Positions 10,661-25,400 of a stretch of DNA of 64,000 nt are shown here, in pieces. Location of the stretch: positions 2,766,747-2,830,746 of the forward strand of contig SMSO01000037.1 of the NCBI GenBank assembly GCA_004764695.1, written 5' to 3'. How positions within the stretch are numbered: the first letter of the stretch is position 1; each line of letters starts with the position of its first letter. The position numbers and the translations under genes are program-made. This stretch comes from Schizochytrium sp. TIO01 (Eukaryota; Protista; Bigyra: Labyrinthulomycetes). The notes below the pieces were generated by a model that worked only from the letters and a program-made list of their open reading frames with translations, did no database searches and was not told the DNA's origin.

Positions 10661-13325
10661 TTTATTTCTTTTCTTTATTTCTTTTATTTAAATGATGATA
10701 ATAATCAATGGAGCCAACTCTTCCCTATTTTCTTTTTCTTTTTTGTTGTTGAAGAAGAAAAGAGTTTACACGAGAACGGCAGCCTGTGCTGACTCGCCTT
10801 GATAAGGAGCACTACATATTGCTTAATCGCCTCTACGGCTCTCGTTTTGTTTCATTTTGTTTCATTCATGATACCATGGTAGTGGCGGTATTTTATTATT
10901 TTACCAAACATTTCTAATAAAAACCCTTGTTTCATTTACATGTTAAAAGAATGATGAGTTGAAACAGAATAGGACAGATACGGCTGTGGCCCAGAGTTGT
11001 GTTTTATTTTCGATCAAGTAGGAAAGAACGGCATTATGGAATAAAGTACCTGTACTTCGGACTAAACGCATTTTTTGAATGTATAAGCAACATACATGAA
11101 GAGATCGCTTTTGGCTACTTATATTCTCTAACATTTCTTTCGGCTTTTGGTTTCTTCACTCCCTTTTACCTGCTGACATGCGGTACAAAGCTGAGGCGAA
11201 AAGATCGCATTGCAGCAAGCTTTTGCTAGCTTGGCTCAGCAAAAGGCGACCCCGTGGGCCATTAACTGGTTTTCTCAGCTAGCTAGCTTCCTGTCCTAAG
11301 CAAGACCTCGCTGCCACGAGAGATCACAATTTGTTAATCTACTAAACTAGACTGGATGGACTTTATTATTTTATTTCAATTTTCGGTTCTCTCTTTTTTC
11401 TCTTTATGTTCTACTTAGCTAGGTAGTACCTAGCTACCTAAATTAATACTACTCCGCAATTTGATTTTGATTTTTTGTTTTGTTTTATTTGAAAAAATAT
11501 TTTTAATTACAAAGTTCATCATCGCGATTCGCTTGCCGTTTGGTTTGACTGCTGACTTCAAGGGAGATAGACATTTGTTTTGTTTGGTGTCCTATGGTTA
11601 CTCAGTCTTCGAAACTCGTTATATCTACCATTCGTTCAATTGCCAGTTAATCAGAAACTCTTCAAATCACGAGACTTTGTTGTTTGTATCTTGAAGCTGG
11701 AGATACGGCCATATACCTACTCGTGAAAATGACTACCTCGCAACTTGCAATGAGATCATGTAGGCCTAATCACTGCGAACGAGACATTCATTGGTAGGTT
11801 TGAAGAAGAGCAATTGTTTGAATATTAAGTTCTTGGAGTTTCTGAATCCTGTTTCCAAGTGGCGGCAAAAGGACAGCTTATCTCCATTCTGTCGATTTCC
11901 TAATCTCGCCTTGTATATGTTCCTTATATTACTATTTTCCAACTGTCACAATATATATTATTAAGTTAAAATATTTCATTTCCCTATACAACTTAAGTCT
12001 TTGCTAAGATTAAATAACAAGTATGGCATAGTAGGTACCTATATGAATCGGGAAAATAATACTGGGGAGAACTTGAAGAGCCAAGGCACTGCCTCGGTTG
12101 GGAACGCAGATTAAACTCTTGCGAAAATCGCGCATCTGAAGCTTCGCCGTCTAAATATCTACACATCATCGGCTCAAGCTTTCCAGGGAGAACCTTCGAT
12201 TTTTTTCTTTGCGTATACCTTGCCAAAACAACTGATTTCTCGCTCCGAGTTACTGACCAATCTGATGTCTTGGCTCGTTTTGTTTCGCTAATACATTCCC
12301 GTCTACTCTTTTCTTACCATTTCATTTTGTAAACATGTTAAAATATACTAACATTGACTGTTTATTCTTGCTCTTTCAATTTTAAAATATGTTTAAATAA
12401 ATAAATAAAAATAAACCAGGCCCCTTAGATCTCTTGTGCTAATTGAAGCGTTTTGAGCACTTTTTCACGTGGCGTATTTCTGACCCTCTTGACTCGTTTG
12501 TTTATTTTCTCTTCGTTCTTTGGTTCTTCTCCTCATGTCTACAGAAACAACAGTACCTACCTACATTTATGAAAGGGAGGCCTTTCCTGCTACAGAGTAT
12601 TCGGAACGATAGCTCAATAGCTGCTGGATAGGTACGCCATGATGGTCAGTGGCGTCGAGTCGGTTACCCAAATAACAGTCCCGCCTCAGGAGGCGAGGAG
12701 GTCTTTGTCTTTGCCAGCCTGATGTCGGCTGTCTGTCTGAACTTGAGAACCACGTTACCGTCGCGGCCTTCATTCCATGGCATTAAAAGAATAATAAAAC
12801 ATTTACATATTCCACAGGCCCCTGTTGAGAAGGAGAACGAGAAGGAGAAGAAGCCATATTCTCTGCTCTCGCCATTCGATCGAGCTCAATCTCTCTCCGC
12901 CGGGGGATACAAACAACTCGCGCTGGGGAAACTAACTTTGAACTACCTGGCGGCGTCCGCATCCCCGCAATCTCGCCCTATCCCGGCTCACTCGTCCGCC
13001 ACCTCCCAACGTCTTCGCCGTCTACGGGAGCAGCACCCTGAGCTCTCTACTCGCCAGAATTTCCAGCAGGTTTAGCAAAGGAGCACTTGAAGATCTCAAA
13101 ACGAGCGGCCGAAAGATTGTGGGTCCGAACGGATCCGAGGCTCTTTGTAGCTGCCGAGCAACGCAACGCACTCTTCGAGCCTGTTAAACAATCAATCCAG
13201 TTATGCAATCTCATCCCGATCTTTTGAGGCTCCTGGTCTGAGATTTTTTGTCTGTCTCAGGCTGTGGCTGTGGCGTCGTTCTTTTGTTTCTTCGTTCAGT
13301 GTGGCGAATGGTTTAATCTGCCTAC

Positions 13326-13414
13326 ATGTATGTATGTATCTATGTATCCATGTATCTATGTATGTATGTATCTATGTATCTATGTATCTATGTATCTTAT
13401 GTATCTATGTATGT
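13326..13414. repeat. Imperfect (TATG/TATC)n microsatellite
   Basis: catgtatgtatgtatctatgtatccatgtatctatg... Confidence 0.85.
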
Positions 13415-16400
13415 AAGTGCGTCTTGAAGATCACGATCGATCGATTGATCAGCGAATCGATCAGCAAAACCCTGCGAGGCCACTTGATCGACGCCGACCA
13501 TTACATCGAAGCCGCTGGAGAAAACGCACTTATGACACAAGTGACGCAAGTCCTAACTTACTTCAAGTTCAACTTGTAGCATCCTGTAAGCGTTACCAAC
13601 TCGTACTTACCTCTCTATCCTCTATTATATAGACATACCTCCCGGTGTTCTTTTCGTGTTCTTTTTAATACTTTTTTTAATGAGATACAAACAATCTTTT
13701 TTTACAATCAATCTGAACCGCAGTGCCTATCGTGAGCTCCTATGTACTACTACCGACAAGTACGTACGCATGTATGTATGTATCAGTTCTTTTTCGGCAG
13801 CCTTAGACCCCCCGTTCTTCGGGAAAGCCCCCTCGGCGAGTAGTTGGCGACTTGACGCCCTCCATATCTCTTCGAGCAAGCATGCTGTGCTGTACCTCAT
13901 CGACGCTGACCACCCTTGGCGAACGAGCGGCGCGTGCGGGACAAAGCCCATCTGTCTGGACCCGTACTTGCGCAGTGCCCCCGAGCAAGTGAAAGGGCTC
14001 CTCGGCGAAGAACGTTGAAAACACAGTCTTTCAACTCACAAGTAGTTAGTTCTCTTGCCTTCAAAGGAATGAGGTAGCTGTTCTGTTTTTAATTTTAATT
14101 ACTTTTAAAAGAAAGAAGAATGATAGTACGGCAGAACTGCTGATGAGGCGTAGCTTCATATACAGCCTGATGAGGGGAAAGTGAGGAACCTAGCTCCAGA
14201 GGAATGTACAGAGAAGAGTGTTTTCCGCTCTTGGGCTGTTTCGGTTTCTTCACTCGCTTCCAGGCGGTCTAATTTGCTGGTGGTAATTTTGACAGTATAT
14301 GATCTCGCTTCTGGAGGCGCAACCGCAAATTGCCTAAGTGAAGAGCAGAATACATGTTACCGTCAGCTTGGCTCCTTAGATTGAAGTTAGAATAAATATA
14401 ATCGACGATGATTTTTTTTTTTTACATTTTTTTTATCCTTTAAATTAACAAAACAAAAATATATAGGATTTACATCTAATCTCCCTTCTCCAGCAAAGAC
14501 CAAGTTTTTCTTTTCTTGTATCTAACACCTGCCTATGATCCTACTAGGAGCTTAATTATAACAGGAACGGAAGATAAAATAATACGTGCTGAAAATAAAA
14601 AATATATTTTGAAATTGCTGCTACCTTGTTAATCAAGAAGATAATGTAATAATAGAACGCAATTGAACAAAACGACGGCTCTTCAGCACGAAGAACTTTT
14701 CACCGGGTCTTCAAATTCGAGCAAATTTGAGGCAATGCTTGATTATTATGGCCATTCATATTCTAAGACTACTTAGCTGTTAGCTCGAATGAAAGGGCCT
14801 GTGTGAGAGCCCTTCAAGTTCGTCATGGGCCGCAAGAGCATTTCAACTCGCGCATTTGTGTGCAGAACCTGGACGGCTGGATCGCCGTTGCCTGCAGGCA
14901 CGCGGGCTCTCGCCGATGACAAAGCAGCGTTCTACGACACGCTTGCAAACTCTGCGAACATTGGAAAAATAAAGTAAAAGGCTAATTGAAACGTGTGGGA
15001 AGTGTTTGCTTACTTAGAATCCGAGCTTTGCAAGTGTAAGCGCCGTTATTAGCAGACTGCTCAGGATAGAACCGTCCTGACCTTTGATGATATGAAGTTA
15101 TTGGATTGGGTCAAGGAGATTGACTTGGGTTAGCCGCTAGAGTTGCATTAAAGCAATTCAGTTCATTGAACATGTCACTCCCTCCAGACACATAAGAGAG
15201 GTTTTTTTATGTTCGCACTATGTTTATCAAATTCTCTGCGCAGCTGAGAATTGCGAGCGAAGGGCTACGGATGGCAAGATATAGTTCTACTAAACTGATA
15301 GGTACAGGGTGCGAGGTTGCAAGGTTGCAAGACAAAGTAGCTGAGCTGAGATGGCGAAAGAGCACCAAGGGAATACCTGGGTCAGCGAACTCCATCATAT
15401 GCATGGCAGCGAACCCACCCTCGCTCCGAATTATCCATGCACAACGATTTCACCGGGAATTGACGAGGAAGATAGCTAATTGTTTTGTCCTTAAACTCGA
15501 GAACTTCGCCAAGACAAGTCGAACAACCCCACTTGAGCCCAAATTTGCTGTTGCTAGTTAGACTCCTGTCATTTCTTCTTGTATTAAACAAGCAATGTAG
15601 GGGTTTGATTGGCAGCAAGCAGCCGCTGAAAGTTCGAAATAGCTGAGCACCCAACTTTTACCATCGGCCAGGTTACCAAAAACTCCACTATTGTGCAACT
15701 TGAGCCCGAGTCTTGAGGCCAAACTTCAGAAACAATCGAAACCAAGTTTAACCAACCTAAAGACCTCTACAACTAGGTAGAACCTACATAGGGCGTTCAC
15801 CTCTTATTGATGGTTTTGCACATCAATTGCTCGGTATAACTAAGACTCTACCTACTAGAATGTCTAACAACACGTTCTCTGCAGCTTCAGTGCACTATCA
15901 TCGAATTCCCTCGCCGCGTGCAAGCACGTGAGAAATAGAAAGGCATAAGGATTAATTAAAATAAAATAAAAAACTGTTTTCAATTATATTTATAAGAACA
16001 AATGTTTCTTTTTTAACAAATTTTTTTAACACCACTGTATTTAATTTATTTTTGTGTAGTTTGTAATTTTAAAAAATACATATAATAAAAATAGAGTACC
16101 CTTCAACAGAATAATAGTGTCCTATTCAAAATAGAAGAAGATTTATTTCAAAGTACGTAGAAAAAAAAGAAGGCAGATATCCACTACCTCGATTGAGGTA
16201 GCGATAGCAATATAGCTTCAAATGTATTGAAGAGTCTTAAATTTAGCATTGTGTATTTTTTTTATATTTTGTATAAAACCTGACAAAGAGAAAAAAATTC
16301 AAGTATCTACCAATATGAAGAGTTGATAGCAACATATAATAGTTTTGAGTTGCTATTTTCATCTTCTTTTCTTTCTTTCTTGAGGAAGAAAAGCCATTTC

Positions 16401-19400
16401 GTAAAAGCAGCTTCCCTCTTATCGAAGCAATGGTTGCATTGCCGTTCCGTAGTAACAGTCAATGCCTCTGCTACTACTGCCAGTGCGTCGCCGCCACTAC
16501 CACTTGTCTCGCTTGACTTGTCCTCGTTCGTGAGCAATAATTTCATGAAATCATTCCGCAATAGTAGCTAAAACGAACCTCAAAGGTTACTGCGATAGTT
16601 TATTGTCTCAAGCTGAGTGCACCCACTACTAGTAGCTCAAAGGATGCATGACAGGCTATGACGGGATTATCGTGATAACATTTTTCAGCCTCCAGCTTCG
16701 TCATGAGCATAATAAAATTTTACACTTTGTTTTTGGAAAGATGCTGCAACTGATGAGAAATTACGAATTGAAATGCGGCCGCAATTGCGGCGGCATCCTC
16801 ATTAACACCTCTACAACTGCTCTTCTATTGATGGGAAACGAAAGTTTAATACTTCAATAGCTACATCGCTTCACTGTGCCTAGTGGTATCTGTTTGCAAC
16901 GTCCGAAACAAGGGTTTCAAGTTTATTATAAATGCCGACCTGTCAGTTCCTGAAGAGAAAACTGTGACTGAAAGATAGCTTTCCTGTTGCTCACCGCCGC
17001 AACCTGGTACAATCAGGTCCAATTACATGGCTCGATCGTAGAAAATTGAGGGCCATCCACATTGTTGGCAGCCAAAGCCTTGAAGCTCATAACCAATGAT
17101 TTACACTCTAGTTGGCTGATGTTATTGCTGAGAAACACCATCATATGACGGCATGGTTGGACCAGGTTTTCGAAGAAATCGACCTTCCTCAGAGTAACAT
17201 GATTGCAACAAAGTCAGAATTTGCGATTTTGATATGTTTCTTGATCCATGATAAAGGTCGAGAAGAACTGCGTCAACCATTCACAAGAATATAGTAATTA
17301 TTAGTTAAGAAGTTAGGACGACTACAGACATAAGCATAACTTTATAAGGACTTGCATTTTAGTTGTGTTAAATGGTGAGACTATATTTATTCTACTCCGA
17401 ACAACGATTCTATTCTTTTTTTCTTTCTTTCTTTAATGAGGTTAATGAGGTTAGTGATGTGCACCTCTGGAATGATCCAAGACTGAGTAATTAGAACCCA
17501 GCCTTGTTGCTCATGTAATTGGCCTTTCTTCATTTTCTTTTCTAAAATAGAACATATTGCTACTCGTTCACGAAATCTCGAGAAGAGATATCACTAAAAC
17601 TCAAGAATAAGGTTTGTAAAGGACGACTTTTGAGGAAATGTATAGCGAAAGCACCATTACTGCTTATCAGAGTGGAAAAGAGGATGAGAACTATAAAGGT
17701 TGAAGTAGTTTTGCGAAGAACTGTCATAAACCGAGTATCAATATTCCTTAAAAGTTAAACAAACTTCGAGTAGACAAATATACATAATCATATGTTTGAG
17801 TTATTGGGCTCGCAAGTATCGTAGCACTCATCGCACATCTTTGTTGCGGAGAAGTGGTAGTGGAAGCAAAAAACTGAGTGGGGCGACGACTCCTGTCAGA
17901 CAAGCTGGCAATCTGGATGAGGTAGAAAGCACGTGTTTTCAACCCTGCGTAAGTTACGCCTTCAATGTGTCCTGGAGAAGGGTTAAAAGCGGACGATTTT
18001 CCTAGTAAGACGATCTTCCTCAGAAGAGAATTTCTCTCTCTTTCTCTTTCTCTCTATCTCTTCATTGTATTAAAATATACAAATACACAGGAATGCTCAA
18101 CACAACCAGGAAAGGCATTGGGCGAAAGTAAATAGATCACCAACCGCATCGCTTGCGTTAGCAAGACCTTTAGTTGGCTCGATTTAATCTGTCCAAGTCT
18201 TTTCTTTTCTCTTCTTTTCTTTTCTTTTCTTTTCACTTCGATTTTTTTCCTTTCTCTCTTTCTCGCTCCTTTATTTAATTTTATTTATCTCCTCGCCTTT
18301 TTTTTTTTTCCTTTTCAGTGTTCCAGGAAGGATGTTATAAATAGCACACAATCTCGACAAGACAACTCTGTCCTACTGTCAGATAGTATCAATAAATGCA
18401 GAAGCTCCAGCTTGGCCAAAACGCATTTCCAGCATAGTATTCCGGCCGTCTCGCTTGTATATGGCATACCTCCATGAAGGTTGTCATCCAATACATTGTA
18501 TTAAAGTAAGCACCCTCGCAGCCATGGTGACTGCCGCAAAAGTGCCTGGTGGTTCACTTAAAACGTTTCTCCTTCCCTTCAAAATTTATCATCATGATCA
18601 TTTATAATAACTATAACAGTAAAACCTGGTCAAAAACTTTTCGAAAATGGATAATCAGCAACTTGCTCTCCACTCCACAAACTCAGGCTTGGACCTTATA
18701 CTCAGATGGGGATCAAAGGCCAGCATTGCTACGCTGCGCAACTACCATTACCAGAATTTTGCACTTAGTCAAGGTATAATATAAACTCACTAGAGGTGCC
18801 CCAGCGCGCACTAGCAGATCCGCAAATCTGATTGTTGTGATAAAATATACGCTACGGCGACATTAACATAGACATGAGGAATTTTAACTTCCTATAGTAG
18901 TACTAACATTTCTCTACTTACACTAGAACTGAGTTTCTTAATATTCTTTCCAAAGAACTGCATTTGCTTTCGGTAGTTATGGTTGTTCTCAATACCAATT
19001 ATGAGGGAGTGTAGTGTCTTGTGCCGTGCTTGCTCATGCATACATATTCGCATCATTGCTGGCTAACGATATACTGCTCAATCACAATGTACTGAGCAAT
19101 ATATCTAAAGGTAGGGTAGAATGCAGTCTTGGGAGATGTTCTGAAGATGCAATTTCGACTTTGTTTTCTTGTCCTGCTGTAGCTTTGCTTCCTACGGACT
19201 TACCTTAGTTGTTAGGTGGATGCAAGCAACGATGATGCTTTCAGTTTTGAACTGCCCTAAAACGCCCATCAATTGGATTCCGAAATACAGTGCCAAGATA
19301 AGCTTTTCACGCCTCTCTAGCCGATACCAGCATTCGCAATATGTTGGTCATTTATTTGCGCATTTTATATTAACTCTGATAAGCCTATCATTCACAAACA

Positions 19401-22400
19401 AATATCGCAGGATACTTTCAACTTATGAATTTCGGGATTCTAATTGCATTATGAAGAGTAGCATAAATCATTATGGACAGCATCCCGTTCATTAAAAGTA
19501 TACTAATTTCAATGTTTATATTTATTCAAACGGTATTTAAAAAAATAGAATACCTTATATGCAGTAAACAATTAGATTTAGGTGGATATTTTGCAAGAGT
19601 AGGCTAATATCGTTATGCACGTATTTTGTGTTTTCTGCTTTTTTTTTCACTCGCAAGATTTTATTTTCTCGAAGGGTTCTCCTTCTCCTTCTTTTTTCTA
19701 ATTTTATTTTCTTTTCTACTCAGTTACTAGCATTAATTTAACACATAGCAAGAAAGCCGGCTCAAAGGGGGGGGAAATATAATCACGGCATTCAGCGCAG
19801 AATGGTTTTTAATTAGCTCAGAATAAATATTTAGTTGTCACACTATATGATGGGTGAAGAAACCGAGCAGTTTCTCCCATCAGCTTGCACGTGCCGTATA
19901 TTCTATTGGTACGTGTTGTGCAGGCGCTGCTTCTCCTCTTATATAAAGCTATGAGAGACTCACAAATCAGACTTGGACTACAATGCAACCACTGTCAACG
20001 CCGGCACATCAACGCCGGCACTTCGGCTGACTGGTTCTCATCAACAAAATGATTCAAATTGTTCAATGAAACAGGTGTGTGGTCTTCTGCTTGATCTTTT
20101 CTTTCTCTTTGTCCCTATCTTATCCTTTTTGCTATCGCACTTAGTACATTGTTTTTTTTTTTTGTTTTTTAATACCATGTATTTTATTTTTGCATTAAGC
20201 CTGGGGCCATAAAAAACAATCTTCACCACTACTATGGTAGTAATCAGGTAAGCGAAAAAAAAAAGGGCCAGCTGGAAGTATTTCACTTCATCTACTGTAG
20301 CTCGGAGATCACTCTCTTTGCTCTTCTCTTTTTCTTTATACAAAAAGGTGATGGTGTGCGAAAGTTTATTGATGATCATTGTGTTCCGCCGCTTTTGGAC
20401 AATTTTAGGTTGAAATGCTAGAACATCTATATTTTGGCCGCATCGATACCTCACTTTTCTAATTCGTAGTTCCAGCACTGGAATTTGGTTTATTGACAAT
20501 TCCTATGGCCATAAACAAACTGCAGCCAGCTAGACTTTTGTATGTAGAACTGACATTTTCTATGCACACCCTCTTTCCTCCTCAGACAGAGAAAACTTTA
20601 GCAGCTAGCTTACACTTTATCATAACGGGGACTCCATTGTGAACCGCTGCAGAACAAACGAATTAATAAACCTAAAGCTGTCGATGGAATGCGAAGTGGC
20701 AGAAGGACATATCTAATTATTCATTATTCATTCATTCTAAGAATACATATTATACGAACTCAGATATCTACTACAGAAAGTTAAAGTATACTTGCTATTT
20801 TTGCTACTAGAGATGACAAGTAGAACGAGTTCCTCTTCTGGGTCCGAACGTGAAGCAAATTACCGAGGTGTACGTACCTAGCTCAATTCCGCTGAACCTC
20901 AAGCCACCTTTTGCCCTAAAATCGCGCTCGATGAATGATTTACTGGTGTCCAAGCGCATACACACAGCCGATTCGAACCCACTAGGTTGCTACGCAGCCT
21001 ATCGAGAAGGCTAGGTAAGAATGATGTAAAGTGGTGGATAGGCCACTGTTTGTGGTCATTGAAAATGTAAGGGTGTGTTTACGATAAACGTGTGTGTATT
21101 ATTGGTTGGCCACGGGGAAGGCATCCCAATGGGGACACCGCTAGACTTGTGGGTCCTCATGGTGGCTGTACAGCACGCCTGCTGCAACCTTCAGATTGTT
21201 TAATGGTGACCACCACGTTGTTTTTTAGATGAAGCAACCAGGCTGTCTTTGGATGTTCCTATGAAAAAGCATAACTATTATAAAGCATGGAATCGTGCTT
21301 CAAATTCAGCAATTTTCTAAATAGTGTTTCTCAAATACGATTGTAGAAAGAACACCATGGTAGTAGGGATGAAAATGATTTAGTTTGTAATTATATGATA
21401 CTATGTGATCCCCCCTTGTTTGTTATTTTGAATACTCAATTATAATTGCTACTTTTAATAATTATGACACTTACCCATATATTTTGCCTGCATAACGGAG
21501 GTTGGAATTCTAGCATCAATACTAGAATTGAACCCTAATATTCAGGTAGCTACAAACCAATTTTCCCTTCTGTTTATCTTGAAGATGACTTGGGTTGTTT
21601 CGAAAACCCTTCCTAGTTTCTTTTCAAATCAAACTTTCATCACCTTGATCACTCCCTAGCATTGCTATCACTTTAGATTATTCTGTTTTCTCAGCCAAGC
21701 AAATTTCACTTAAATAACAGCATATGATAAACGATATTGCATATTTTTTATGCAATCAAGAGCTATTGCGATACCATTGTAGAGTAAACGATACCATTAC
21801 CCTCTCTATTCGCAAGAAGTTTGCCTTCTGTTGCGTTTTCCACCCTCCAGCCAATCCACTGTCTTGGCAGCAGCCTTCGCCAATGTGCAGCCAACCAGGG
21901 TGCGATCAAACTGCCAATGCTGGCGCTTATCTTAATGCCTTATTGCGACTCTTATGGTTTGCGAGTCCCATTTCTTAATATCGCGTCTTCCTCTAAGTCC
22001 CTCACCCAGCATTTTGTTCAAATAGACGTTGTTATTACTACCAGCAGCCAGTGGTCCATTATTACTGACGACGAATGGCGATTGTATGACAGCAGAACAG
22101 CTAGCAATTGCAACGTAATAAGCCAGCGTTGCGCCATCTAGTTATTACGATGTTCCCAAGTCTGAGAGGGTTTCTGGCTGTAAGTCAGTCTCAAACATAG
22201 CATCATGAGACACTTTATGAGTTGGTTAAACACAAATGATTAAAATCACCCACGAAGTGTTCCCTAGATCACTCCAAGAGCTCCTTCTCTAACTCTGTCA
22301 TGCAAAATCATCACGACAAGGTAACACTACTTGGCAGCGTTCTTAAACTTGTGCAAGAACCACTACTACTACCTACTACTACCACAAGCATTAGGTGAAC

Positions 22401-25400
22401 ACGCTAATAGCTACGGTCTGCAAGCTAGATTTTTGTCCTTTCTTTTTCCAGTGTTTTTTTTATCGCAACCGACCTGTCTCAACTTCATGGTATCCTTCAA
22501 GTTACAGGGTACTCCACGTTTAATGTTGGATTAATTAGGGCTAGAAGGGACCGGCCAGTGCTCGGCTTGCAGCCAGCAAAGAAACCAGCGCCAACCGAGC
22601 GACCGAGCGACCGAGCGAGTGATAATATAAAGGAATAGGTAGTTCTAGGGCGTGCTAACTAGGTCTTTTACTCCTTTTTAAAGAGACAATGAAGAGAAAT
22701 GATGGCGCTTCCACCATTATGGTTATAACAGTTACCACTTTCAAGGTGTAAAATGCCATGTATACTATATCTCTTAACACCAGCGAGTGAAAAGAGGGCG
22801 TTCTCTGCCTTACGGAAAGCAGTAAAAATCCAGCAACATTTGAATCCTTTGCGGGTCTTCGATGGTTTCGCTCAGGGCAATGTTGTGAAGTTGAGCAGTT
22901 TCTCTGGCGAACTTAGAGAAACTTGGGCTGATGAAAACTGTGAATAACTGGAATGAAAAGTCTGGTTAGCCCACAAGGCCATGTTGTTGACTTCGCACCA
23001 AAATAAACTATTGACGTCAGGGTTTTCGAGGCTGCTTTCAATATTGTCAGTGGGCCTGACCTCATTTACCAGTGTTCCTCAATCACATGATCATGGGTGT
23101 ATTTAGTAAGGAGTGAACAAGAACAGAACAGAATAGTGCAGACATCACACGTGCGCGTGGCACTCCAAAAATTCAAGAGAGTGTGCACAAAGAGGGAAAA
23201 GCCGCCCGTGAGCATGGTAGAGATTAGAAACCTTGCGCACGCCCATTCTGAATGCATGTGGTCCGTCTGTAGGAACCGAAAATCATGGCGGGCGATAGGG
23301 CTGTCGTAGCGGTGAGAAGCTCTGCAGGGACCGATGCTCACCCCAAAGGTCCACTTCATTTCCAACGCACCACGATAGAGTATCTACTACTGTGCACAGT
23401 CTAATACTACTACAATCTGGGTACTAATCGAAAAGCTTTATCTTTTCTATACCTCGGCGCATAAAAGAAACCTGATGACAATACTCCTGTAAAATAAAAT
23501 CCAACTTGAGGAACAACAACAGCAAGAACGACAACGGCAAATTGGATGAGGAATAGTAGAACTACTATCACTGCGTAGCTAGCTGCCAATATGAGATGGT
23601 GGGTGATTTTCACTTCGACGACTCATCATAACCTTGAAGGCAAATGACGCAGAATGCGGAGTCGGTCTCAGGTGAATGGAAGCCAGGTTTTGGTCATCAT
23701 CAGATTCATCACATCATATGATTAGGCACCCCAGAGCAAAAGAAGTGATGTTCCTTCAAGTTAGCTGAGCTTTCGAGTGTCATTGCTGATAGCTACAGCA
23801 AGTAAGATGCGTTGTAGGTCTTTTTTGTAAAGGAAAGGAAGTCAAGGTATTGCGCAGAATTTTAAAGTAGAATATTAAATTGTCTACCTCATGCAAAGCC
23901 GATACCAGCATTTTGTAACCCAGAGACTGCGAAATAGTCAAAGAAGCGTACAATGGCTTTTCTTATTGAATAAGGTGCCATAAAAGCTTTGCTTTTAAAA
24001 CATGATTCTAAACATCAGCTTCAAGGAAGTTGTAAAAATGAAAGCTCCGCTCGATAGACAGCGCCCCTAAATCCTACCTTTTATCAAAAGAAAGACCAAA
24101 GAACCAAAAGAAGCCTTAAGGCCCGAAAGACTGCCTTCTCTCAAAATACAAGACCCTGCAACTTGTGCGTCTTCACCATTGCAGCTAAAAGCTACTTGTC
24201 ATGGTCCAAAAGGATTATAAAAATAAAAGTTGCTAGCGAGGCATCACGATATTATCTTTTTTTATCCTTCTGAGGTGATAGTAGTAGCAGTAGTATTAGT
24301 AGGATTTCTTTGATAAGCTTTAGGTTTCCTATATAAAACACTTAAGACTAATAGCAACTGCCAGTACACACCCGTTGCAGAGAGCCCAAAACTTCGAAAA
24401 ACGGATGCTCGGCAAAGAATCTGAGTACGGCTGGCAACTTAAATGTAAGTAGGTCCTTAATGCCCTCCAGATGTGCCAACGCTGATGGCTGGAGACCAAA
24501 CAATGAGTGTCGCGACGGTGACGACTAGTTGCGGGCTAGCAGCCATTCAATTTTCAAGTTGTTTTGATATCCATCCCGCACGCAAGCTGTTAGTGGAATA
24601 AGTGAAGACTTTCCTGGCCATCACGTGCGTCCCTTGCATCAACCGGCCCTATGGTAAATCAAGCGCAGCGCAACGACTGCCACACATAGGTCCAAAGGCG
24701 AGAGCGAAAAGGAAATTACACTTTAGAATGCGCTATTTACTACTTCATGGAAATCAAAGCCTGAGGAAGCTGACCTTTTTGAGGACAATGATGACAATCA
24801 GCCAATCAATCTGTCCAAAAGATTTATTTTCTGGGCTGCACTTTAAAAGTATCGACTGCTTCATGCGTCCTTATTAAATAACTTATGTGTCTTTCAGTTA
24901 TGGCCTGGGAAGTTGGAGATTAGCGGACTTGAAGAGCTACAATCGCGGTTACAGAATGTTTGCCTTCTGTTCTCACGATCTGAGGGAACTTTTTTACTCT
25001 CAAGTTTACTCTCTAGTTCAGTCTGTGAGGCCACAACTATACATTATCAACTAGCCCTTATTGTTTTTCAAGAGCACAGCTAAGAGAATAATATTAGTAG
25101 GCGACATCATGAGTCTGTAAGAGTTTTCGTATGTCTTGACCATCGCTATCATGAGTAGGTATTGCATTCACGCGTCGGCCAATGACCCCAACCGACGTGA
25201 GCAGTTCGCTTTAGGTATGCAGTGCATTGGAGAGTTGGAGCAATAAACCCGAAGTCAAGGCTACAATCGATCCGGAACGTATCTTTTCATCCTGTACGTG
25301 TGTGCGTGCGTAGGTAGAACTGAATAGAGCGAATAAATGCATGACACTTGGATTCACTGAGCTAAGGAATCTCCAGGTTGCCATAGTTGAAGTCATTGAG

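Noticed and set aside
14140-14180. Two CTGATGAG copies plus GAAA resembling a hammerhead ribozyme core
   Set aside because: Stem II is not followed by GAAA, and stems I and III cannot be formed.
20965-20985. B-box-like GGTTCGAATC on the minus strand (also a T-arm-like hairpin at ~57715-57730)
   Set aside because: No cloverleaf or properly spaced A box.
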